A stretch of 64,000 nt of DNA from Octopus vulgaris (lineage: Eukaryota): NCBI GenBank assembly GCA_951406725.2, contig OX597819.1, positions 20,336,001-20,400,000 of the forward strand, given 5' to 3'. Position 1 is the stretch's first letter, and each line of letters begins with the position of its first letter. The translations under genes and the position numbers were made by a program. The notes under the pieces are model-generated. The model saw nothing but the letters and a program-made list of their open reading frames with translations, searched no databases and was not told where the DNA came from. Shown one piece after another: positions 52,789 to 64,000 of the stretch.

Positions 52789-55720
52789 TCAAGTTTTGTT
52801 TATGGTCCATTCAAGTAGTGAGTTTTTGTTGGGTGAGTTGTATCCAATTATGGGTGGCTTATCTGGTATTCCTTGAAGGAATCTATCCAGACTCCGTTTA
52901 AAGTTGATGGGATCCTGTTCCTCTTTGATCTCTTTCGGAACAATGTTAAATAGGGCAGGGCCTGTTGAGGAAAAGAGATTATGTCGTAGTGTACATGTAT
53001 GCTGTGATCTTGAATTAGACAGGGGACGTATGGCCCGTGGTCCCAGTCTTGGATGAACCTTGAAGCTAATGTTCAGATCGTTTGAGCAATGTTGGCGGTA
53101 TATTCTCCACATGGTACAAATGATGAACCGTTCACGGCGAAGCTGGAGAGGGTAGAGTTTCAAGGCTTTAAGGCGATCCCAGTAATCGAGAGCAGCATGC
53201 CTTCAATTCATTTAGTGAGTGCCCTCTGGGGTGATTCAATCCTCGAGATGTTTTGTCTTGTATGGGGAGACCTCAGTTGGCAGCAGTATTCGAGGTGTGG
53301 CTGTACAAAGAAGGAGAAAAGTGGTATGATGACACCTTGTTCTCTGGACAGGAAAGTTCTTAAGATCCAGGAACTCATCCTACGAGCTATATCGACCTTC
53401 TTGTTGATGTGTGCACTCTGAGTATGTCATCAACAATTACACCCAGGTATCTGATATTGTTAGAGGTTGTGAGCGGTTACCCTGAAGGAAGAGAGTATGG
53501 CTGTTTTATTGAGGAATTTCTTCCAAAATGCATCAGCTCAAATTTTCCCTCGTTCAGTTGCATTTGGTTTCTGTCCACCAATTGACTCACAGCATATAGA
53601 TCAGACTGGAGTTGAGTTCGGTCTGCTTCTTCATTGACGATTTGCTGGAGCTTAGTGTCATCAGCAAATATTTTCACTTTGCAGTAATGTACGACACTGG
53701 AAAGGTCGTTTATGTACATTATGAAGAGTAGCGGACCCAAGACAGTCCCCTGGGGGACATCGCTGGTGACTTTTGCTGGGCTTGAGTGGACTCCATCAAC
53801 TACAATATGTTGTGTTCTATTCGCCAGGAAATACTTGATCCAGTGTAGAACTTTTCCACAGATTCCAACATGTGCCACTTTTGAGAGTAGGATATTATGG
53901 TCTACCCTGTCGAACGCTTTACTGAAGTCAAGGTATATGACATCAGAGTTCGAACCTGTTCCCAAGGCTTTGAGTACATCTTCAATGTGGTGTAAGAGCT
54001 GTGTTAGACAGTCCCTGCCACAGCGAAATCCATGCTGATTTGCATTTATGAGTTTGTGGGTCTCCAGGAAGTCAGCTATCCTTGATCTTAACACTCTTTC
54101 AAACACTTTGATGATGTGGGAGGTGAGTGAGATTGGGCGATAGTTGAGTGCGAGGGATCTGTTTCTCTGTTTGAAAACCGGGATGACTGACTGGGATAGA
54201 AACTGTTTCGGTATATGACCTGCGTCTAACGAATTTCTCCAGAGGTTGGTCAGAGGGACTGCAAGTTGGTGTCTACATTCCTTCAGGAGACTAGCGGGGA
54301 ATCTATCAGGGCCTACAGCAGAGTAGTATTTGACCTCATTTATTGCTGCTATGATGTCAGTGGCCGTGAAGGTTACGTCTGAGATTTTATGTTGAGAGTC
54401 AACTTCGTTCGCTTCTCTTACGTCAATATCAGTGGAAACACTAAAGACAAAGCAGTATTGTTTCTGCAGTATTTCTGCCATTTCTTTAGCATCGTATTGG
54501 GGAATGCCGTGATCATCAATCAATGAATGGGTGAGACAGTGGTTCTATGCTTATTTGCATAAGAATAGAACTCTTTTGGGTTCATTTTGATATTTTTGAT
54601 TACCCACTGTTCCTCCACATCTCTTTGATTTTCAATGGAGGAATTCATGCCGTTCTGCAGATGAAGTTTTTCCAGCTCTAGCCTTTTCATTGTTGTTGAA
54701 TGTGGATGTCGTATGTGGGAATAGTTTAATTGGTTGATTTTTTTTCTTAAGTATTTTGATGCGCCTGATGAGTGTTTTTTTCTTTTTAGGGAGCCGGTTT
54801 CTGTTTGTGTTAGTAGATTTCGTGGAAGCGTGTTTAGAGCATGTATAGGAGACAATGATTTCAAAGTGCTGCCATGCGGTCTCAATATGGGTGGAATTGA
54901 GAGTAAAAGACCAGTCGAGGAAAGACAGATCCTTTATGGAAGTTTATGTTGTCAAATTAGTGCCATGGAGTGGGATTGGCTGGTTTGGTTTTTATATGTC
55001 GGGAATTAAAATTGCAGAGTACCATGTCGTGGTCTGAGAGGAGAGTTTTTTCAATTGAAATACTGTGAACGAAGCTAGAGTGATTGGTCAATACCAGATC
55101 CAAGATCGTTTTATTCTGTCTCGTTGGTTCGAGCACTAGCTGAGTCAGGAAGTATTCATCCATTAGATTAAAGAGCAGTTCTGCTGCTGCACTATCTGAT
55201 GTGGAGCATGTGCCTAACTTCAGAGTATTTGTGGGCCAGTTCACATAAGGGAGGTTAAAATCACCCATCACTAGTATGTTTCCCGAGTGGTACTTCCGAA
55301 GGAAGGACTTGAGTTTGCTAAGGCACTCTTCAAAGCACTTTAGAGTTGCTTGGGGAGGCCTGTAAAGACCAACAATGATTATGTCCTTGGCTTTGCTGAA
55401 TAGTGATACAGATTCACAATAGCCATTGGAAAATATGTCCTTGGCATCAAGTGAAAAAGAGTCAAGGATAAAGATGGCTGTCCCTCCCTTATTTCGGTCT
55501 GTGCGATCCGCACGAACAATGGTGAAATTTTTTATTTTCATCTCGGCTTCCATATGGGTGATGTTCAAGTGTGTCTCGGTAAGGATAAAGAAAGAGAAGC
55601 AATGTGCTGATTCGGTAAGCCAGCTCTCTATATATGGGATCTTCCATTTTTGGGCAATAATTGATGGGTTGATGCCACGTACATTTAACAGGAATGTCGA
55701 GGAAGTTTGATGTTTGCATT
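52789..55720 (-). pseudogene. LINE ORF2: apurinic endonuclease plus reverse transcriptase (disrupted)
   Basis: LLNVRGI, ILTETHL, YRPP, MGDFNLP, ILDLVL, SDHD (APE); NYRPISLTS, QHGFR, YLDFSKAFDRV, VPQGTVLGP, IFADDTKL, YLGV (RT). Confidence 0.95.
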
Positions 55721-55744
55721 GTTCTAAGTTGTGTTTTATGTTGT

Positions 55745-56729
55745 TCAGTGGTAACAATGTGGGTAGTTCTTGTATGGAGCTGTGTGTGTATGATTTCCTT
55801 GTTGGTAGTGGGTGTGTGGTCCTTGTGATTTGCATGTGTGGTTGCTGATAGCTCGTTGGATCTCCTGGCTTAAGTCGGCCTTCATATTTTCTAGGTAAGT
55901 CAGTAAAAAAGAGTTACCTCCTTGGTTTGCCACTTGGTGAGAGGATACATATTTCATGTTCATGTTATTTGATGTTATGGTTTTTTTCATGGTTCTGTCT
56001 TTGTTGTTTGATTGTAGGAGGAGAAACGTGGTTGTATTTTGTTTTTTATTGTTGTCGAAGATCTCCTCTGTTGCTGTTTATATTTATTTTGCGATCGTTT
56101 TGTGCCCTTCAGATGGTGCTGGTTGCATTCTCGGTTCAGGCACATTCTTAGTGACAAAGAAGTTTGGCACAGTTTAGGATGGAAGAAGGTGCATCCATTG
56201 CCTTTTGTGCATCCATATTTGGGATCAGGACCATAGACTCTGTGTATTTAGGACAGTATTTGTGGTGGAGGTGAGGGCAGTTTTTTTCCCGTTATACCAT
56301 ATGGACAGGTGCCCTTAGCAAGTCTACGACATAAGGTAGGATGGTAAAAAGCACAGCGTCCATTGTTGTTGGTGCCGCTGGGGCCAAATCTACAGTTGCC
56401 TTGAGAATAGTAACGGCAGTGTGTTTGATATGTGTGTAGTGGTGATTTTTCTATTCTGACTGTAGTAGCCGTAGCAGAGTGTTGTTGTTGCTGTAGCAGC
56501 AGTGAGACTTGACTTGCAACCGCAGGGCTAGGTTGAATCGGGTCAGGTACTGGCGATGTAGTAGCAGAAGCAGGCTGCTCTGTTGTGATAGTGAGTCCTG
56601 TGGAATGGGTGGAATGAGGTCAGATGTTTGTTGCTGGCTATTGGGTCGTTGAAGTGACCCCCGGCCTGTTGGAGTTGGGTCATTTGGTGCACTACATTCA
56701 TTGACAAGGATGGCTTCTAGTGTTGCCAT
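55745..56729 (-). pseudogene. LINE ORF1 with tandem CCCH-type zinc fingers (frameshifted)
   Basis: CRYYSQGNCRFG...CAFYHP, CRRLAKGTCPYG...CPHLH, CPKY...GCTKGNGCTFFHP, CQTSLSLRMCLNRECNQHH, read across two frameshifts at about 56100-56420. Confidence 0.78.
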
Positions 56730-57391
56730 GTGCGTGTGGAAAATAGGAAATATTCTTACAATTTATTTTATTTTATTTTCGATCTGTTTTACAGATCTGT
56801 GAGAGGATTGTTTTGCTAATTTTTCAGCTATTTTATTGTAAACATTAGCTTCATTGTGGTGACTGTACCAAGCGTTTATCATTGCAGTGATTTCATTTTC
56901 AACCCAGTGGCGTTTTCGAATATTATTGGCCATATTCAGTGGGACAGCATTATACTCTATATTTAGTTATTGATGTATAATAGTGAATACACCGTTGAAA
57001 AGTTTGTGTCGATATATTCGGTAATGCGTGGCTATATCTGAGTGTATGTCGGAGAGTTCAGTGTATTTAGTACAAATCAGGATGAACTGTGAGTTTAATA
57101 CAGATCAAGGAAAAATAATTGTACTCACGGGACTAGTTTTAAAACTAATCTTGGGTTTGATTTTGGTTTATATTTCTTTCTCCAGGTTGTATATAGATTT
57201 GTATAAATTTATCCTCCGATGGTAGTAAAAGACTAGAATAGTAGAACTGAAGAATTGAAAAGTACTGGGACTAAAAACAAGGAGAGTTTCTGCTGGCTTG
57301 AGTTGAAATATGCTTCCTTGGCTACTGACTTTCACCGGAGCTATGAAAAGTACGTCTTGTCACGACGAATGCCTGCTATATATATATATGT

Positions 57392-57448
<57 letters not shown>

Positions 57449-57898
57449 TTATATACACATGGAGACAGACATACACATCTGTATATATAAGTGCGTGTAT
57501 ATAACATGGCTCGTGAAAACATTTTGGGAATTTGCCTTTTGTACATGTAGATATATATTGCAAAAACGTCCCTCCTATGTTAGACAATCAATTTTGTTTT
57601 ATTCACAGACATTATTAATCAATTTTCAAAACTTTTATTATTATTTCAAACGCACACACACACGCACACACACATACACATGGGTGCACGTGCGCACTCA
57701 CACATGCACACGCACGCGCACACACAATATTTGTATACATATTTTACTAGATTTTGTGGATGAAGACAATATGATGACAACGAGACCTTCTTTGATCTTA
57801 GATCTTCGGGAAATGTAGCGTCATGTAATGTCTTAAACAAACATACATACTTACATACTTTCATACATACATACCTAAATACATACATACATATATAC

Positions 57899-57991
<93 letters not shown>

Positions 57992-57996
57992 TATAA

Positions 57997-58045
<49 letters not shown>

Positions 58046-58415
58046 CAATATCGTATTCTTACAGATATTGCTATTGATCGTATGTGATCATAAGTCCTGC
58101 CGATCATAGTTATCCTAGAGATAAACAACATGAAAAATAGCAAGGACAATAACAGTAACAAGAACCACAACAACAACAAAAATAACGATTCTGATGACGG
58201 ATACAACAACAGTAATTCTAAATACGTGAGGAAACGGTCAAAGTCGAAAATGGATTTGGCCTTGCAAGCTATACTTTTGTAGTATACGTGACAGATAAGC
58301 TTTTTCTTCGATGGACACCAAGGAAGCAGTCGTCTCGATGCGTCTTATGTAAATTCCGTGTTGGTAAAAGAATGAAAAACATGAAAGACTTCTCCGCGGT
58401 CATATTTTGTATGTG

Positions 58416-58806
58416 TGTAACATAAATGATCGATATCTGCTGAAAAGGCCACAGATCAGTTTATTGCTCAATATGGAATGCATGCAAACTGATTTGCTCC
58501 AGTGTGGAGTGACACAAGAAGCAGAGAAAGTGCTCCTCACGGATCGGTCAACAAGCATTCTAAGTAGATCCTTCTCTTGTAAGATTACCAGCTATTGGTC
58601 CCTGCCGATTGCCAGGTACAAGTTCATCATGAAACACTTCTTCCTCCGATGTCCCTCTGGATTGGTAGGTGTGTCAGTTTATCGGGTGGCTGAAGAGCTA
58701 TGTTAACCGACTCAGTCGCCGCTTTTATAGTCGCTGATGGACACTGGTCGTTTATCTGCTTTTCTTCGGCTTCTCTCGTTGCTGATAAATATGGATTGTC
58801 ATGACA
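58416..58806 (-). mobile_element. Possible solo LTR
   Basis: Minus strand starts TGTCATGACA, has TATAAAAG, then AATAAA, and ends TGTTACA; GC-richer than the flanks, but no clear target-site duplication. Confidence 0.45.
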
Positions 58807-59374
58807 TTAGAGAGTACTGTGTGCAAAATATAAGACTTCTAAAGTATGTGAATGAGGAAGCCAAGTATAGTCGATAGCGAAGGAAATATGACAAGGAAAT
58901 AAACCACGCCAATGCTTAAAATAGAATCTTTATATATGATTAAAATAATGCTAAATAATATTTTCTTTTATTTCCGAATTTTTTCCAGACACCAGGAATA
59001 TTTCAGCGTAGATGTCAATCTGGTGAGTGGGAACGATTGTATGTAGAACAAATCGAAAGGTTACAGCGAGGAGATTCCGTGTATCTATGTATACACACAT
59101 TCATTTATACATTCATATATTCTTGTATTATTTTTCTTTTATTTTTACTTGTAGCAGCTATTTCACTGCGGCCATGCTGGAAAACCACTATCAGTCGAAA
59201 AAATCGACCTCAGGACTTAGTCTTTGTAAACCTAGTATACACATACACACGCACGCATACTAACATATACACAAATACAAGCATACACAAACAGGCGTAT
59301 TTATTCATATGTACATATGTATTTTCGCTTACATGTAATCGTGCATACCAGGGTGCGAGCACATAGGCATGTGA

Positions 59375-61125
59375 GTGCACATGTGCTTGACCATGGGAAA
59401 AGCTTGTACTAAAGACAGCAAATCCAGCTACCTTGAGGGATTGGCCCTGAGATTTGCTAAAAGGAAATAGCAAAACTGAATTTGACTGGAAGCTTAAGCG
59501 TGTTGAATTCAAATGGAACATCTGTAGGCATGCGTGGAATTTTTGGAATAAAGTCGTTTTTCTCCTTTGTGACTACTTGTTATGCTTATTGCTTGCACGA
59601 CCTAGAGCTTCATGGAGGTAACAATTAAAAGATTTCTATTACATTGGTGATGTGGGTCAAGATTCGTAAGCATCATAATGGGAGCGCACAGTTGTAGTTT
59701 CAAGTAATGCGGTGGAATCCTAATGGGTTTTAAGTGTGTTCAGAAATTCAGCAGGGTATTGGACAACCTGGTCTTGATTGATTGTTATCAATTGAACGGA
59801 AAGTCATTTCTGGTATATCTGTAGACTTTCAAAGAACTTCATGATTGAGTTTATCAACTATTTCATAAGATGGAAGCTAGTGAACTCTTTCACATAGCCA
59901 ATTTACATCAGTGCAATTGACAGGTAAATTAGGATTTACTTTATTCATAAAATCCATAGGTGAAAGTATCATTCGACCGCATGTAATTTCATGTAGCTGA
60001 AGTCTTGAGTTGAATGTTTATATCCTATTACCATTCTTAAGAAGGTTGTATGATCATCTTGTGGAAGTGCTCTGATGTTGCTTGTAAGATGAAATTTCTT
60101 CACGTCTCCAAAGGTACGTTTTTTTTTTAAACATGCTTTGACCTCATCAGTTTTTTTCCTTTTTTTGACAACAGGCAACGCTTGACGGAAATCTCCTGCG
60201 AGAATAACTGTTACTCATCCCATGAGCATGCTATTGCTTTTTATGTCTTGGGAGGGTACGATGAAGTACTTCTGCAGCTCCACGGTGTGACAGTGCACTC
60301 ATCCCAAACAGCGGGACAAGTTTGTTGGAGAATTGTTGCCATTGCACATGTTTTGGATATGTTGCACATTTGAGATTCTTTCATTGCAATGTTTAGAGGG
60401 AGCTTGAACATGGAATGAGCAGTTCTTCCCCCATTGAGGAGGGTACCTGCAATACCAGAAAATACAACAATGGAATGAGGCTAGATTTTATTTCCTCCCA
60501 TTTTGGATTGCAGGTGAAAGTGACCAACGGATCTGGTTTGCATTTATCCAGTCATATATCATAGCAACTTCTGTTCGTTCGTACATATATCAAGGACCGC
60601 CTGTGAATGACCATAGGAGAATTAATAGTTGCCTCATGTTTTGAATATCACTGCCTGTCCTCAGCGCATCTTGGAGGTGAACATAATTTTTAACCCTTAA
60701 CGTTTTTTTTAATTGTTACGAATGTAGAGGAGACGATGGCTCGCAGCTTTGGAATGCATTTCAACCAGGAATTGCTGAAATAGATCACGATAGACGTATA
60801 ACTGATTTGATTGTTCTGGTCTTAACATCTGTTCGTAAGAACAGGAGTCATTTGATGACACCTTTTTCTTTGTAATTTGCTCTCATATTGGAGGTTCAAA
60901 CTGTAGAATATTGAAATGGTACCCATTTTATCAATTCAACAAAATAAGAGGATACTGGAGAGAATCGTAAGATGGATGAGTCTCTAAAACACGTTTAAGT
61001 TTGTTATCTCGAGCACGAATGAGATTATCACGATTTTCATGGGGTTCACCTACCATAATGATGGCTACTTCATTAGGGGTGGGCATATTCAAACTGCGTA
61101 AAATGTCCTTCACAGATGTTTACTA
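59375..61125 (-). mobile_element. Helitron RepHel remnant (Rep region and Pif1-type helicase), heavily deleted
   Basis: EVAIIMVG...ETHPSYDSLQYPLI; SFTGGP*YMYER; PDPLVTFTCNPKW; SGIAGTLLNGGRTAHSMFKLPLN; DEVKACLK; IPRMPTDVPFEF; KSQGQSLKVAG; FSHGQ. Confidence 0.92.
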
Positions 61126-61998
61126 TAGATGTAACGAACGAGGAAACACACACACACACACACACACACTTACAGACAATTACACACTCATAGAATTCAT
61201 AATATTGAAAACAGCAAAACGTACACACAGGAAGTTCAAGCGAAACGGTCTTTCTGCAGCACAGTTACGCTATGAAATTTCTCATGTTTTAAGAAATATT
61301 TCAAAAATAAATATTCCAGCGTTGGAAAATCACCAATTTAGCAAAGATTACTATGCGTCACCTATGAAACAAAGCAGAGAAAGTCAACATTTGCAACATG
61401 TACAAAATGTTATAAAATTCAGGATTGGATGTCGTGGAGAAGAAAGCTAAGCTACAAAAGAAAATGTTGCTTACGAAAGTTGACTTATCCAGAGTTTATA
61501 TTGTAAAATTTTTCTAATCTAAATATGTAAATGAAAATAAAGTTGACTCAGTAACCGAAAGAGCACTAAATCTTTTGATATCCCATACGTCAAAATTAGG
61601 TACTAAGTTTCGAATCCCCAAGGAACATAGGCATATACACACACAGACACACATAGAGAAAATCTAATTTATATATATATATTCACGTATGTATACATAC
61701 AAATAAAAATATTTATACGTGTATATATGTATGTTTATGTATGTGCATACGCGTACGAATATATGCATTGAAACAACATACACACCCACCTACATACATA
61801 AGTATACATACACACAGTTACACCTATCCATCCATATGGACCTTCATAATGTATGCATACACACATACATGCATGCATACATACATGCATACATATATAC
61901 ATACATACATGCATACATACATACATACATACATACATACATACATACATACATACATACATACATACATACATACATACATACATACATACATACAT

Positions 61999-62372
61999 GT
62001 GGAAGGTAACGACGATGAAGGTTCCGGTTGATACGAATCAACGGAACAGCCGGCTCGTGAAATTAAAGTATATATGGCTGAGCACTCCACAGACACGTGC
62101 ACTCTTACCGTAGTTCTCGGGGATATTCAGCGTGACACCGAGAGTGACAAGGCCGGCCCCTTGAAATACAGGTACAACAGAAACAGGAAGTAAGAGTGAG
62201 AGAAAGTTGTGGTGAAAGAGTACAACAGGGATCACCACCCCCTGCCGAAGCTTCGTGGAGCTTTTAGGTGTTTTCGCTCAATAAACACTCACAACGCCCG
62301 GTCTGTGAATCGAAACCGCGATCCTATGACCGCGAGTCCGCTGCCCTAACTACTGGGCCATTGCGCCTCCAC
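61999..62372 (-). mobile_element. tRNA(Arg)-like SINE embedded in (CATA)n
   Basis: Homologous to 13279-13698; (CATA)n at about 61865-61998 and 62373-62460. Confidence 0.9.
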
Positions 62373-62569
62373 ACATACATACATACATACATACATACAT
62401 ACATACATACATACATACATACATACATACATACATACATACATACATACATACATACATGCATAATGGTAGTCAGCCCGATACTCGGACGACTTCCATT
62501 TCTTCTGATGTGAAGGAAGCATAACAAATATCGGAAAAGGTGAGGTAAAGTATTGCAGCGAGATTACAT

Positions 62570-63060
62570 ACGAATATTTCTAGAAATTTGCTTTAAGTAT
62601 TCAGCATAATGCTGCATATCATTATATTCTATGCATCTTTCTGAACATATTTATGTAAACACAGCTCTGTAAGGATGTAGGCATAAAGAAATTAGTCGAG
62701 AAATGTTTGAAACAGTTCACGAAAAGGACAAACACCGCTGAAAATCTACACTCAAATACTATTGTAGAATCAAGAACATCCTGAACGGAAGGAATATCAA
62801 AGCTATCGACAAAATGAAAGTTAATTCTTACTAAAGTATGTCGCATATTTTAAAGAAGATAATTTTCTATTATGAAAAGTTTAATACAAATATCAGTGAA
62901 CAGACACAATTGTGATGATTAAATTTATAAGTCTCTTTCGATCAAATTCAGACTACAATAATTTTAAACGATGAATATACGATCTTAACAAAGATTTCTA
63001 TGAGGCATATATACATTGTGACCCTCCAAAATTCGATTTTATGGAAAGGTTAAAAACTTA
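62570..63060 (+). mobile_element. Possible very degenerate MULE-type transposase remnant
   Basis: Weak, interrupted motifs (KYVAYFKK, RTTII-like, PSKIRFMERLK) reminiscent of YF..TW/RTNN/HP.IW.F...LK. Confidence 0.25.
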
Positions 63061-64000
63061 TTGAAACCCAGAAAGATTTGTTCCACAAAATCTTAAAATG
63101 AACTTGCAAAATGAATATTAGATATAAATCGATACATCTTACAGAAATATCTTATTCCAAAGAGATTGACACTATAAAGCCAGCCATTGAAGATAATCGT
63201 TTCACGTCAACTGATGAAAAGAGAGAACGGTCAGCTAAATCTAGCAGCAAAAAAGACACCAACTATTTAGTAAAAGCCCATAATTTTAGTATAAAAGCCG
63301 AAAACCAGAAAATTGTTGATGCCTTATAAGGATATGATTCAAAAGCTCCACAACCTTCATATCTATGAGAGACTATACATCCATAAATACAGAACTCAGC
63401 AAATTAGAATTAGAGGCAGTAAACGGATAAAACTATTTTGCCTATCATTGTGAACATGAAATCAACAACATAATTAAGGTAGATAAATTAAAAGCTAAAA
63501 TAAAAGAAGCAGATGTCTCCTCAAGTAGCATTTGTAAAATGTATTCATCAGAAATATAAAATTCAAACAATAAGCCTTCCCTGAGAAGGCAGTTTATGGG
63601 AACTTGGCATGGAAAACACAAGCTATGGAAAGGACTGATCATGTCTAAATATTAGCATGGTGGGCCGTCAGGTGCATAATATCCCACTATAATTCAAAAA
63701 TAAGAGATCCCTTCCAAATTCCTACAGTATAAAAGGTAGGAAGCAATATCTACGAATGGTAAGAAAAATTTCGTTTTCTATTTGGATTTACGTTATTTAT
63801 GTTGATATGACAGAATATAAAGGAGTGCGTTTTAACATAATAAAACATAGGGAAAATATATTTTGCGCGTTTGTTTAATATTTTATATTAGTATTTCAGG
63901 ATTGTCATGGTTACTCGGTTGCAATGACTACAAAATATATCTGAAAATATATATCTACATATTTTGTTGGTTTGTATAAATTCGTCATTCAATGATGGAG

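Larger units (their letters stand above)
52688..57376 (-). mobile_element. Full-length CR1-group LINE inserted in (TA)n; decayed by stops and frameshifts
   Basis: 5' end GCAGGCATTCGTCGTGACAAGACGTAC (Inr/DPE-like), 5' UTR, ORF1, ORF2, two-hairpin 3' UTR and a 10-mer tandem tail; (TA)n on both sides. Confidence 0.93.

Overview
This is an AT-rich, microsatellite-dense eukaryotic non-coding window. The SINE families and repeat landscape look like an octopus/cephalopod genome (inferred from remembered repeat families, not from a search). No host protein-coding gene can be supported; most ORFs in the supplied track are microsatellite translations. Recognisable mobile elements include a full-length but decayed CR1-group LINE (52.7-57.4 kb; CCCH-finger ORF1, APE and RT), about eight remnants of restriction-like-endonuclease (R4/Dong-type) LINEs sitting mostly on (TAA)n tracts, Penelope-like (GIY-YIG) remnants, a mariner, a degenerate Tc1-like element, Helitron remnants, MITEs, a 635-bp fold-back and three tRNA-derived SINE families. 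The most notable signal is a set of minimal type-I hammerhead ribozyme motifs from several unrelated Penelope-type families: four have intact cores (13.05, 23.26, 25.41 and 41.96 kb) and several are degenerate. One degenerate family appears to be a tRNA-headed, hammerhead-tailed SINE-like element whose internal (AAT)n tract is invaded by Dong-type LINEs. Other observations are a 17-unit minisatellite born from a LINE 5' truncation point, inverted flank copies inside (TA)n tracts, and a two-hairpin 3' motif shared by a SINE and the LINE. All alignments and folds were done by eye.
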